This document shows positions 50,646-64,000 of a DNA stretch of 64,000 bases, piece after piece; within the stretch, counting starts at the first letter, position 1; every line of letters starts with the position of its first letter. The DNA comes from Eledone cirrhosa (taxonomy: Eukaryota), in assembly GCA_964016885.1 (NCBI GenBank), contig OZ024740.1, positions 78,864,001 through 78,928,000 on the forward strand. The letters run 5' to 3'. A model generated the notes under the pieces. The model was given only the letters and a program-made list of their open reading frames with translations. It ran no database searches and was not told the DNA's origin. A program made the translations under genes and the position numbers.

Positions 50646-53600
50646 GGCACACACAAGTCAGCCAAACATTTATTTAAGGCTTTTAAGTTTTTTTTTTAAT
50701 GTAAAATGACTATGATTTTTACTGGTATTTTATTAAGAAAAAAAAGCTTTAAATGTTTATCCTTGACCTAATTGTTTCACCTTAATCTAACATACCAATC
50801 AATGCAGAATCACAATTAGCATTACAAATGGTTATACATACATTTATATTTTTGGATAACATTGTAACTTGAAATTGTCAGTAACATTTTTATTCTATAA
50901 CCGAATGTAATTTAACTATCATTATTTCAGACAGTCACGATTGGTAGATTATAAGTATCTAAACAGTTACTTCATTTTCTCAATTGAAATAATAGAAATA
51001 AAGAATTGTCTAACTTACTACATCCATATCGTAGCAGACTTGATAAAGCAATTAATTGTCTATATTTAATGGTTGTTGCTGGAAGACATTTGCAAGATAA
51101 GGCACAAAGAAAAGGGGTACTATATTTCATGATATATGATGAATTTGCATGTTTGCTTAATTTTAAAAAAACAAGCTCAATATTGTTTTTTTTTTTGTCT
51201 TTTTTAGAAGTTTTATTTAGAAGTTTTATTGAGAAGTTTTAAAAGCATTTCAAATATTTCTGTCGATTTAACACTTTCCTGAAGGTAACATTCTTAGTGA
51301 TATCAGAGCCTTGCAGAAAACATCCAAAAGAAAGGGACCAAATTGAGGACAAATATTTTAACATATTTATTATATTTCTAAAGAAATTCACTCCATTTCA
51401 AAATGATTTGAAAATCATAAGCACTGTATTTCATTAGCAATACAGTAATGAAAGGATTAAAAAGGAATGGAGACATGTATTTAGGATAATTTAATCATGT
51501 ATACATTATAACTTAAGAGAATATTGGATGATATAAAGAAATGTGTACTTAAAACAATACAATTGTTTACTATATAATTCTCTCTATTACAATATAAACG
51601 TATTTCTCATACTTCACAATAAGTTTTCAAAGTAGATTAACAAAAAATATACTAGATGATTTGTGAATTTTCATTTTGAGAATCTGACACCTGGCTTAAC
51701 TCCACCACTCTGTCCATGGGTGCTTTTAACAGAATCCAACACACTGCAAGCCATGTCAGGGATAATTTCCTCTATTCTTCCCACCAGTTACAGAGAGTCA
51801 TGTGTATAGTGCTTTCCCTCAATGAAGTAATTTAAACAAACAAACAAAAAACATTTCATTTACAAAATTCCTTTCATATGATTTTAATTCCAAGCTTAAT
51901 AAAATATAAACACACAATTTTCCAAATTCATATATGATCTGGTGATAAATATTTTATTTCATAATTTTGTAATTTTTAAAAACCTTTTTGATACTATATT
52001 TCTAATGAAAGATACCATTGTCTTTTCAGGTAATTTTAATGATAATCAAGAATTTGGAAGGGCTTAGTAATATAACTCTCTCATTATTAACCTAGTGTTT
52101 GGAACACAACTTAACAAAGGTTCTTGCATAAAATTATAATGGAAGGTTTTTAGATAAATGAAAACACTTTAGAGTAAGCAGCTTTGTATCACAGAACCTG
52201 GGGCAGTTTCAGACAGTTTGGCATCAAAAGGAGTTAAACAAAAAACAAAACAATACGACTTAACAAACATGCATAAGAGATCATACTGTAATTCACTTTT
52301 ACATACAATGTTCATCCTTCTTGGTCAATAAAGTAAATAAGTACCAGTCGAGTACTGGGTTGATATGATCGACTATAACCCTCCACTAAAATTTGTGGAC
52401 TTACCTATGTTAGAAATAAATTTAAAAGATTCATAATAAACAAGGAATTAGTAGCTTTCACCCAAACATTATTAATATATTCGAAATGTTCTTTTGTTCT
52501 GAACAATTACATTTTAAAAACTTTTACGTATTAATAACTTCATATGAAATGCCTTATTGTGCATTCACTGTTCAGATACTATTACATTTGATAAATAAAG
52601 TAGCAATCAATGGCAGTTAGAGTTTAGGACAATGCAGTATTTATTCTGAATTCAAACCCTGCATGGCTTACTTGAGAGGTAGATTTAATTTATTACCTGG
52701 TTTAAAATCCTCACCTGGCTCTTGGCTGCCTTTCGGAGAGGAGATTGCAAACATTCATGCCAATTTCTGATTTAAAGATAATTTCTTTTCTCCCACAAGT
52801 CTCAGAGGCCCTGAAAATGGTCATGGATACTGCTCTTCTCTGCTAGTTAAAAAAAATGGAGGTGGGTAACATTTGGCCAGAGTTTATCCTGTTTCCATTG
52901 GTGTTAAGAATCTGACACCAGTCCATTGCAGAGTTAACTAACCCCTTGCTGCTAGTACTTATTTTTAGCTGAATCGACTGAAACAGCATGAAATGAAGGG
53001 TTTTATTAAAAAACGTAGCACACCACCTGGCCTAGAAATCGAACCCACAGCATTATATTATTAGCTGAACACCCTAACCACTAAGCCACATGCCTTCTCT
53101 TTTGGCTAAGCAATATAAAAAAATAATTCTACAACAAGTATTTATGTAAATCTTCTAAACTCCATTGAATTTTTACATAACTAATTCTGTAAGAAAACTG
53201 TTAGACATGCACACTTCAATTGGCATTAGATTTCTTTTATTTTCATGTTAATTCATGAGAATACAATAACATGTTTAACAGAGATATTTGAGATGGAATA
53301 TACAACAGGAAGTTATCTCCTTGCTAAATTAGAAAATTCTGAGAATATTTAGTCTAAACAGAAAACTTACTGCATTTCTATTAGTATGATTAATATTCAA
53401 AACCTATTTTTAACTAGCATAGTATATCACTTTTCTCTTAAAACTGTCTTTATATTTATGAAGTAGGCTGCCTTGGTTGAGGAACATTACAGATCTTCCT
53501 ATGTTATAGAAAACAACTCATAAGATATCGCAAGTTATTATTACACAACATGGAAAAGTAACACTAAATGTCAGATCCTATTTTGTAGTTAAGCTACCTA

Positions 53601-53825
53601 AGCTTTAGAGTTTTCTTTTTGTTTGTTTTTATTTTTTTGCTATATTTTTTTTTATTATCATGTGTCTTGTATATAATGATTAAAATGATAAACGAAGAAA
53701 AATCGTGACAACATGAGGGTGGGGTTTATATAATGTTCTCTTTTCAGAAAAGGTATTAAATATCAATGGGGCGATTTATTTCAGACTATATTTATTTTGG
53801 ATAATTTGGCAAAAAAAAATATACA

Positions 53826-53949
<124 letters not shown>

Positions 53950-54672
53950 ATGTTTATATTGTTTATTTATTTGTCAATTCATTTATTTTATATCAGAATT
54001 GTTAAAACAGTGTTATTGGTTCCCAATGGGCTAATCATTATTTAAATGCATTTTTGATGGTGACAATGACAAGGGAGTGTTTGTAATTTGGTGCTGAACA
54101 AATATTACAAAGAACTTTCTCAGCAACGTTTACATCCTTTGTTAATAGACATACATTGCCGAAAGATGCACGCATACACACAATGGACTGCTGCACAATT
54201 TCTGTCTACCAAATTGCACTCTAGCATAGGCTAGAGTAGAAGACATCCAAAATATTGCTTGAGTGAGATCAAACCCAGAACAATGTTTTTACAAAGCAAA
54301 CTTTTTAACCACACATATACACCTGATCCCATTTTGGGGGTAATTCATGCTTTATTTTTTTTCTTAGCTCAATTCAACTGTGAGTCTCTAACATCAATCT
54401 TGTCTGTTGCCTATTCATCTCTTAGGTGAGGTTGATAATTTTTACTTGAAACTTAAGACCTGTTCTTATCCAATAATTGTATGGTGATTGAAAATTTTAG
54501 TGTTTTTTGTTACCAGGTTTTTAATGAAATACACAGTTTCAAATATTTTTTTTAATTTATCAAGAATTTTGTAATATCATTAACTTTCTCATATTAAGCT
54601 GAAGAACAAAAGTTTCTACATAAAATTATGATGGGAGGTTTTTAGATAAGTAAAACTCTCTAAATAAGTAGC

Positions 54673-54858
54673 CAGGACTGGATTAACCATTAAGCAAAAC
54701 AAGCATATGCTTAAGGTATCAAGGGAAGAGGTGTACCATTTTATTCAAATTAAATGTATTTTTCATTTGTCTCCAAATTTCTTTCACAGATTTTATAGGT
54801 GGGGAGCACCATAATCTTTTAAGCGCTTAGGGTCCCAAAAGGACTTAATCTGGCCCTG
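54673..54858. mobile_element. hAT-like MITE inside a family-B piggyBac MITE
   Basis: TIRs CAGGACTGGATTAA and TTAATCTGGCCCTG. Degenerate 8-bp TSD taagtagc / taaatagt. Confidence 0.75.
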
Positions 54859-55482
54859 TAAATAGTTTTGTATGATACAACCAATGGCAATTTCAGGTGG
54901 TGTGGTTTCAAGAGGGCTACTTGCATGATTTTTTTAATTACTTTTTTGTATTAAAAACATTTATTGATATTGCAGTCTGTGAAATATACAAAGCAACCTA
55001 TAATACACCGTTATACTTTTATTCTTTCATTTGAGTGTACCTAACCCTAACCTAGTGCATTTTATCATGGCACCAAAACTAGGGAGCTTGTTATGTCTTT
55101 GATACAACTGAAGAGTCCTCGTGACCCTTTGACAAGTGTTCTATAGCTGGATGTCTTTCCTATCACCAACTTTATAGAATGACTAGGTGTGTTTATTATG
55201 TCAATGACACAAGAGAAGTGGCCGTGTCTTGACATAACTGAAGGGTTCTCTTGACTTTTTGAGAATTCAAAACAATTACTGTATAGATTTGTGTATAAGT
55301 CATACTATTTGATAAGTTACACCTCCACTTTACATATATATACAGTGTACCACATATTTTGAATTTGGGGTTCTAGATCAAGTAGATAACTTGCATGCTG
55401 GTTTTCCATGTCATATCTTCATGCAGAAAGTTGTTACTTGTGTACAACTGTATATGTATGTGTGTGTGTGTATATATATATA

Positions 55483-55643
55483 TATAAACTAATATGTATG
55501 TGATGAAACACAGATACCAACACATCTGTATATATATTGCAAAAGAAAAATTTAGCCAGATTGAAGTATACTAATTTTTTCTTTTGCAATATATATACAG
55601 ATGTGTTGGTATCTGTGTTTCATCACATACATATTAGTTTATA
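55483..55643. repeat. Near-perfect hairpin with 73-bp arms and a 15-nt loop
   Basis: 55483-55555 versus 55571-55643, one mismatch seen. Confidence 0.95.
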
Positions 55644-55793
55644 CACGGCTCAGTGGGTATTTTCCTCCTTCGAGCTAATTCCATTGTAAAAGAATCCATT
55701 ACCTTATTAATATATATATATATATATATATAAGAAAATGAGTCTTTTTTTTATAAAAACACAAGATGTCCCACTTGGGTGAAAGTATAAAAG

Positions 55794-56059
55794 TATAAGG
55801 AAAAGAAATTGAAAATGCAACTGGAGTATTTTTAAGAATATTTATTTCCTTTACTGGTTTTACAGTTCTTATGCTTTTCAAAAGTAAAAATGAGATGGAG
55901 GGTTTGTGGTTTGTCTCACATTTCGAGATGCGAGACAAACCACAAACCCTCTGTCTCATTTTTACTTTTGAAAAGTATAAGAATAAGAACTGTGTAACCG
56001 GTACAGGAAATAAATATTCTTAAAGACTCCAGTTGCATTTTCGATTTTTTTTCCTTATA
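55794..56059. repeat. Loopless inverted repeat with ~130-bp arms
   Basis: Centre at 55924/55925 (tc|ga); scattered mismatches and a short duplication in the right arm. Confidence 0.93.
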
Positions 56060-57282
56060 TATATATCATCATCATCATCACCGTTTTATGTCCATTCTTC
56101 CACGCTAACATGGGTTAGACGGGTTGTCCTGTTGTGGGCAGTGCCAGATCAGGTGACCATGTCTTGCTCATACTGGACTGATTTGGCTTGATTTCTACAG
56201 CTGGATGCCGTTCCTAACACCAACCTAATTTACAGTGAGTGCTGGGTGCTTTTTTGCTGTGGCACCTCCACGACCACTTTGCAGTGTAGGCTGGGTGCTT
56301 TCTTGTTGTGGCACCTCCACGACCACTTTGCAGGGGGGGGGGGGCATATTGTCTATATGCTTCAGCATCAGCTTGTTCCCGTGGAAAGTCGGTTCTTCTG
56401 TATTACTGCGTGATGCCAGAGGTCACAATCCTGTGTCATCGCCTTTGAGAGGTGCATTTGGGTATGGTCAGCTTTCATCACCTCATCCCAGGTCTTCTTG
56501 GGTCTCCCCACTCCATATATATATATATATGTGTGTGTTATATTTACCAGGGTGATGGATTGGTGGAATGTTAAACTAAATACTTTGTAGTATTTAATTA
56601 CATCCTATTAGGTTCTGTGTTCAAATTTCACCCAGGTCAAATTTGCCTTTCATCATTCTAGGTTGATAAGTCCCAAACCCAGACAAAGCAGATAGTATTA
56701 CAAGATTCTGGCCTCTGTCATTAAAAGACCCCAAAAAATCCTATGAGACACAATGTCATAAAAGTCCAACTAAACCTACATCAGTGTGGGCTGTAGCAAC
56801 AACAACAGACAAAGTAGTAGGCTCAAAATAGTTGACTCATCTTTTGAAGACTGTGCCTCAGTATGGCTTGCTGTCCAATGAATGAAACCAGTAATTTTCA
56901 AATATAATTGTATGTTTATAGAAATTGTAAAGATTGTGAGGGAACAGGATTAGAGAACAAGTGTTTATTTTCATACTGAAATTTAAAACTACAATTAAAA
57001 CGAGAAGAATTGTGTTATATGACTATGAAGTTTCACTTTTACTTCCTAATCCTGTTTTATAGCTTTTAATTTTATATAATTTCAACATTATGAGGCAATA
57101 TGAATAGAAAACCATATTTCCTTCTACTCTAAATTTTTGAAAAGTTACTAATAAATATTTTTTGATAAATTATGTGTTCCAACATATTGTATTGTTAGGA
57201 ATCTGAAAATATTTTTAACATAAAAAGGTCATAAGTAGATATTACATCTAAAAAAAAAACTTGGCATTAAACTATTGTTATA

Positions 57283-57678
57283 GGGCAGTGGCTTGGCAGT
57301 ATCGGTAGAGCATCAGACACCATGCTTTGCAGCATAGAGTCATGGCCCTTTACGTTCTGAGTTCAAATCCCACTGAAGTTACCTTTGCCTTTTATCCTTA
57401 CGGGGTCGATAAAATAAAGCAGCAGTAATGCACTGGAGTAATTGCTGGCCTTGTGCCAAAAAGTAGAAACAATTATTATAGCTATCAGCGGTGAATTGGC
57501 AGTATCGGTAGAGGGTCTGACGCCATGCTTTTCAGCATAGAGTTACGGCCCTATGGTCTGAGTTCAAATACCATCGAGGTTAACTTTGCTTTTCTTCCTT
57601 ATGGGGTCGATAAAATAAAGTACCAGTAATGCACTGGGATAATTGCTAGCCTTGTGCCAAAAGTAGAAACAATTATTA
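57283..57678 (+). mobile_element. Head-to-tail pair of SINE family 1 copies
   Basis: Copies at 57283-57478 and 57488-57678; tatagctatcagc follows both tails. Confidence 0.93.
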
Positions 57679-58030
57679 TAGCTATCAGCTAAGTCCATTG
57701 TGAGGATCACCTAACTACCTTCCTTTAGCCAGGAACTCAGGTAGTTTTTATCTGCCTGAATGGCTATGGTGAAAGAGGCCATGCTGTGGACACATTTGAA
57801 AGGGTTAAAGACAAGCACTTTCTTCGTCAGCGAAGCTCTGATTAACTTTTTCTTCGTGAGCGACCCACATCAGAAAACAGATTCCCTTCCTACTGGAGAA
57901 TATATTTTTTGTTTGAATTTTCATATTTCATTGTTTTTGTTATAAATTTTTACACACAAAAACCCATCCTGTGCCATCCTTAATGTTTTCTTGATGTAAG
58001 CCCTGTGTGGCTAATAAAGAAATCATTATT

Positions 58031-58190
58031 TATGGTCCGAGTTCAAATCCTCCTGAGGTTAGCATTGCCTTTCATCCTTGCAGGGTCGATAAAATAAAGT
58101 ACCAGTAATACACTGGCGTCAATTTAATCGACTTTCCCCTCTCCCCCAAATTGTCAGTCTTGTGCCTAAATCAGAAACAATTATTATTAT
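58031..58190 (+). mobile_element. 5'-truncated SINE family 1, long variant
   Basis: Contains the extra gtcaatttaatcgactt... segment also seen at ~3700-3735. Confidence 0.88.
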
Positions 58191-59486
58191 TTATTTATGT
58201 GTACCTATGTATGATTTACATGAAATATTATGATGATTAACGCAAGTTAATTCTTTTATTACCATGTTTCTGATAGAGATTTTCAATTAATTTTCAAAGT
58301 AATCAAGAATTTGGAGGGATTTAGTAAAATATTTAGCGTTTCCATTTTAAAATTGGTATTTGGACTATAACTAATGAAATTTCCTTAAGTAAAATTATGA
58401 TGATAAAAACTTTAAAACAAACAGTTTTGTATTGTAGAGCCAGGATAAATATGCGGTATTAATTGTATGAAGGTCAAAGTAAAAGTGAGATGAGAGTGGC
58501 AGCTAGAAATTAAAGTCATTGACCTTCTGTGTATAGCATATTATTTTTATGTGGATATTTCCATGTTGACACAACTTGAATGAGACTTCTTGAGGCAGAA
58601 TTCTATGTCCATTTGTTTTTAAGTAAGGTGTTTTATCTCACTGGTCTTAGCAGGTCAAACCACCAAGCTGCAAGATATAAACAAATGACACCGCTGCTCT
58701 TGTGGTGTTGATGTACAACACACACAAACACACAGTGGGCTTCTTTGCAGTGCCCATCTACCTTCTATTTCACATACAAGATACTGGTCAGCACAAGGTT
58801 ACCAAAGAAGACACTTTCCCAAAGTGCCATCCAATGGGATGAAACCTGAAACCACACAGCTATGCCTGTGCCTAAAATAAAACATTCTAAGCTTGAAAAG
58901 TACATGGAAGTGTAGAAACTGAGAACTAAGTCAGAATTAATAGGTGACTCATAATGATGTATAAATATTGTAAAGTAAAATAGTTGTTTCGGTTAGGTTT
59001 CTATTTTTGAGACAAACTATGATTCTTGTGCTGTGTTTTTTTTTTGTGTTTTTTTTTAAACATCATATAAATACTAGGAAATATTTTTACGATTTGTTTA
59101 GATTTATATTTTTGCTGACAGTCAAAACAACAAAGAAAATTTCAGTCAGCAATAGATGTAGCTTCTTCATAAATAATGGGTTTTATATCTGTATCTCTCC
59201 CTTGGGTTTCATTCATGCTGGCTTTTGTCTATTTTCCCATTTTTTTCAATGTTTTACTATTAAAGAAGTGGGAGAAAATATGAAATGCTCAAATACCTTT
59301 TTGACAGCTCCTTTACAATGCTTCATCATTCTTTTGTTAGACTTTTCTAGTTACTTGAACCAATTTATATGAAACTTTTATTTTGTTAATTTTTTTCATC
59401 TGGATATCTAAAAACTTTTCATTCTATTTTGTGAATACAAGAAACAAAAGAAATTACAGTGTATTATACAAATGTTTCATGGTCCT

Positions 59487-59865
59487 GACAGACAAAATGG
59501 CAAATGTGTTACTACAAACAATGGAGATATGCTGAAAGAGCCAGTCCATCTCACAGAGTTCATTCGTGTGTGAATGGACATCTCCATCTCAATCAAAATG
59601 AATAGGAAGATGCTTTAGGGGTCCTTGACACCAGATGTTTCCATCACTATGTGTTTGATAAGAAACATATCAGAGAGCAGCTGGTATTTTGTCAGCTTGC
59701 CATCTTCAGCCTGTCTGGTAATGAAGTCTTCATCAGGTTTTTGCTGGAGAAGGTCTGGCCTTTTGCTGTCCCCATGGTCTAAGCCCAACAATTCCAGCTA
59801 TGATAGAAAACTAGCTATGCTCATACCCTACTTAACACTATTATCAGGAGTGGCATGCTGGTGTT
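59487..59865 (-). mobile_element. Second CRE-like endonuclease relic
   Basis: Minus strand reads RQAEDGKLTKYQLLSDMFLIKHIVMETSGV and CEMDWLFQHISI, homologous to 38460-38700. Confidence 0.68.
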
Positions 59866-61440
59866 AAAACAGTATAATTTATTTGAACATTTTCTTTTCT
59901 TAATTATTTTTTAAATCTGGATATCGTAGCTAGCTGACTTTCAAATTTAAAATAGAACCCATTCTGTTTAATATTTTAATTCAATATAATTACTTATCAG
60001 TCATATATAGTAGTTTTTGATTTAATACCTTCAAGTACTTGGGTAATTGTCAAATGTTCTTTTATGAGTAAAATATTTCGGTAATTACAGTATGCAGTTA
60101 ATATTTGTTGTTAAGGAACTTGCCATTTCTAGCCTGCCCGATCCTATTAATGCTATTGATTACAGTCACTGTACAAATACTTTTCTGTGTGCTCCTTGTT
60201 TTGCACTCTGTCTATCAATGAAATATTATGTAGGCATTAACTGAATTTATGTATCATATTCTGGGACACCATCTTGAAGAGATTTAATTGATCATATAGA
60301 CACCAGTCATTACTTTTTCAAACCTGGTACTTATTTTATCAATATCTTTTCGTTAAACCACTAAACAGACAAATCTAAACACACACACATGCACATACAC
60401 GTGCACACACACTCACACAGTGGTGTGTTGAACAAAATGCCCTGCAATATTTAGCTATGGCTCTTTAAGTTCTGAATTCTAAGCTCACCAAGATCAACTT
60501 TGCCTTTCATCTTTTTAGGAGATAAGATAATCAAATATCCCAGTCTCCCTAAACTTCTGGCCTTGTGCCTATATAAGAAATTATTAAAACTAAATATTTT
60601 CAGGAAGTGGCAAAATTGCACCAGTAAGAATTTCTTTTCTGTAATAGGGAGCACAAAACAGCTGAAATGAAATAACATAAGTATTAATCCTTCAAGCTGA
60701 AAGTATCAAATTTAAAAGTGAGCCTATTTAGTCTGCTCTTGAAAACAAATCTTTGAGAAATTTAATACGACAGAAAATATACTTTATTTTTAGAGTGAGT
60801 GTTAGAACTAGGTTAGATATTTTTCTGCTTGTTTTAGTCAAGCATTAAATATATTTTATTAGGAAGAACTAAAGTTGAATAAAGTAGATTGAGACTAATC
60901 TGTTGAAAACAATTGTTTTATGATTTTTCTTCAAAACTTCAGAATTCTTTTAATTTGTGACAATATATGGTCAGTAGGATTCTTTTGATCCATTGAGGGT
61001 ATAGAATCCTTTCAAGTGCTGGAGCCATGATAAAATGCACTAAGAACATCCAGCTGTAGAAACTATGCCAAGAATGAAACATATGAGTCAGGTGTGGTCT
61101 TCTGAGACATCTAAGAGGGTAGTAACTCAGAATAAGATTTGATAACCCATCCAACTCATGTCAACATTGCAAATAGATGTAAAATTATATTGAAAATGAT
61201 CACAACTATAACAGTTGTAGATTTGTTGTTGGGTTTTAATGTTTGAGTCTGTTGAAGTCAATCAGTTACTAATGGGACTATTTACAAAACATTAGTGTCA
61301 CATGATTCTAACTATTAACTTCCTGTAATGATTCAGTTGAAAATATTTTTAAGTGGGCTTGTTAATTCAAATATCTATAGTATCTTTACTACTGGACAGT
61401 TCATTGTGAAAAGTGGTAGTAAACTAAGGATTTTAATATT

Positions 61441-61626
61441 TAATTGTTTCTACTTTTGGCACAAGGCCAGCAATTACCCAGTGCATTACTGGTACTTTAT
61501 TTTATCGACCCCGTAAGGATGAAAGGCAAAGTTAACCTCGGCGGGATTTGAACTCAGAATGGCAAGGGCCGTAACTCTATACGTCAAAGCATGGCATCCG
61601 ACCCTCTACCGATACTGCCAATCCAC
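61441..61626 (-). mobile_element. SINE family 1
   Basis: Full length, with A and B boxes on the minus strand. Confidence 0.93.
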
Positions 61627-61988
61627 TTAATGTAATGTAGTCATAGTGATATATTTGTGCTTTTTAAGAATGTATTTCTAATGTGGTTTCATGTGGTATA
61701 GGATGTTGAGACAAATAAAAACAGCATCAGGCCCACATGTGATGGGAATGGAAGTATGTATCTATTCCCTGTCTCAAATTGGTATGTATAATATAATTTA
61801 CATATGCACAGGTATGGCTATGTGGTTAAGAGGTTCACTTTGCAAACATATGGCTTTGGGTTCCATTTTACTGTGTGGCACCTTGGGAAAATGTCTTCTA
61901 TTTGGGTTGACTAACACCTTGTGGGGGATTTTGGTAGAAAGATACTGTGAGGAAGCCCAACTTGTAAATGTGTGTGTGTGCTTATATA

Positions 61989-62560
61989 CAGGGTTGCTCA
62001 GTTCTTTTAGGACATTTGCATGAATTTAATAAAATACTCATAAGTCATGAAAGAAGCGCTTATTTGAAAATAAAATTGGTACGGATAATCTTGAGACTCT
62101 TATTGACTATTCAATGAATCTTCTATTAGCATCAGTTACTGCTTCAATACATGGTCTGAAACATTGACATGCCTAAATCAGATCATCTTTATCTATTTGG
62201 GATATTTGCTAATTATGGCAGACTTCAGAGATTTTATAGAGTTGTGTGGGGTGTTGACTAACTTCCCTCTTGACTATGCTCCCATATGTCTGGGGTGAGA
62301 TGATTGTGGAGATTGTAACTCATCCATTTTGGGGTTGTCTTGGCCTTATGAGAGTCTTGTTGGTCTCCTTATAGTCAGCAGCTTCCAGCTCTTTGCAAAC
62401 TTTGACAACAAACAACTATGCAACTTTCAGGAAGTGAGCAATCTCTAAATCACTATGCTCTGCCTTTATGGCAATGATTACAGCATGCCTTTTCATTTGC
62501 TGAGTTAGCTTGATGTCTACCGTTATTTATCTGAAAAGAAATGATAGTCTTAACAAGTTA
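61989..62560 (-). mobile_element. Internally deleted Tc1/mariner-superfamily transposon (maT-like)
   Basis: TA|CAGGGT terminus. Minus strand has an HTH-like MKRHAVIIAIKAEHSDLEIAHFLKV and a C-terminal ACQCFRPCIEAVTDANRRFIE* (stop at 62107-62109). Confidence 0.78.
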
Positions 62561-62667
62561 GAAAAAAGAGCTATTAAAAGATGTTTTCAAAGAACTGTGC
62601 ATGTCAGCATAGAAAAACATACATTAAATGATGATGATGATGATATATATAGAGAGAGAGGGAGAGA

Positions 62668-63138
62668 GATACGTTCGCTGTATTTTTTTTACTAAAGAAA
62701 TTTTAGCCTAATAGTGGAGTTTAGAACCCTCTAAGAAATGGTGAAAGATTAGTATTGACGTACATGGGAGTTGAACCCACATCTTTGATTATCCAGACCA
62801 CTGTGCTACAATTACACCAACACATTACCCATCTCCTTCCATTCAAATTAGGAGCTACAATCATAGCAAATATAATGACAAGTAAGTTTATTTTGAAACA
62901 GCGAGTGAGTTTGAAATAGAAATAGAAGCTTTCACCATATTTTTTTTACTAAAGGAATGTTAGTGTGATAGTGGGGTTTAGAACCCTCTAAGAAATGGAA
63001 AAAGATGACGTCAGTACTCATCTTTTTCCATTTCTTAGAGGTTTCTAAACCCCACTATCACGGTAAAATTTCTTTAGTAAAAGAAATACAGCAAAAGCTT
63101 CTATTTCAAACTCACTCGCTGTTTCAAAACAAACTTAC
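62668..63138. mobile_element. Direct plus inverted repeat element containing a tRNA-like segment
   Basis: 62668-62760 recurs at 62931-63008, and 63009-63138 is the inverted copy. Minus strand 62766-62819 has TGGTGTAATTG and GGTTCAACTCC boxes. Confidence 0.75.
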
Positions 63139-64000
63139 CTTTATATATATATATATATGCAATCTGAAATGTAGTAAACCCAACGCAAATGACTACAACA
63201 ATAGTTGAAAAAATCAGGTAAAGTAACCCTGGAGATGGAAAAGAGTGGACAGAGGCACCTATTAGGAATTGGATGCCATTACAAGAGTCTTTGGCCACCA
63301 TCTTTTAGACATCTATAGCTAGAAGTGTAATCAGCTGGTTGAATTAATAAGCATTGGGAACATTTGAAATATAGCTATCCCAACACAAATGACTACAACA
63401 ATAGTTGATCACTAGAAACAGTAATCAAAATAATCAGGTAAAGTACCAATAACTAGGGGCTTATAGCACAATAGCTAACAGACTTGTCCAGTATCTGAAA
63501 GATGTGGAGTTCAAATCTTCACAAGAGACTCTGTACAATTTTTTCCATCTCCAATGGTATTTTATTTATCTGTTTTGTGCGGTTACCTTTGGCCACTATT
63601 AACACATATACACACATTAATACAGATATTTAGTTATTACTAGTCATCTCTGTACTTATCAGATTAGTGATAAGAATCACTAAAGTTTGATGTAGGTTTT
63701 ATGACGTTAATTTCCATGAGGAAATTTTATTCTAATGACACTATATTTCTAGACAAAAATCAAATAATTACATGTTTAAATACTATATCATCTAACCTAG
63801 TTTGATTTCTTTATTAAGATGTCATTTCTTTTAAATATATACATGCTGACATTAAATAAACGTAGTATGGAACTTAGGTGTCAAACTGACAAAAGCGTTA
63901 GTGTGTCAGACGAAATGTCTTGCAGTGTGTATTCTGGCTCCTTGCATTTGGAGTTAGAATTTCAACAAGGCCGGCTTTTTCTTTCATTCTTCTTCTTCTC

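Noticed and set aside
55040-55054. Telomere-like cctaaccctaaccta
   Set aside because: Only about two units, which is expected by chance.
56910-57090. Weak inverted repeat around aacaggattag / ctaatcctgtt
   Set aside because: Only an 11-bp core is convincing in very AT-rich sequence.

Overview
AT-rich eukaryotic, repeat-dominated DNA with no recognisable host protein-coding gene; it is probably intronic or intergenic. The repeat repertoire suggests an octopus/cephalopod genome (inference from recalled families, not a search). The window holds many tRNA-derived SINEs in two main families, decayed RTE, CR1/L2 and CRE-like non-LTR retrotransposons, and a Helitron carrying a PIF1-helicase fragment. 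It also holds piggyBac (TTAA), Tigger-like and hAT-like MITEs, a Tc1/mariner relic, Penelope-like remnants and microsatellites. Nearly all ORFs in the track are spurious or transposon-derived. The most interesting signals are: (i) an intact-core type I hammerhead ribozyme on the minus strand at 27403-27486, with degenerate hammerheads nearby; (ii) a recurring class of long fold-back elements, mostly abutting (TA)n tracts, one of which mirrors the 3' half of a hammerhead; (iii) a PHD finger inserted inside an RTE reverse transcriptase; (iv) nested insertions and a templated inverted copy. Coordinates and alignments were read by eye, so boundaries of old elements are approximate. I cannot claim a wholly new system from the sequence alone.
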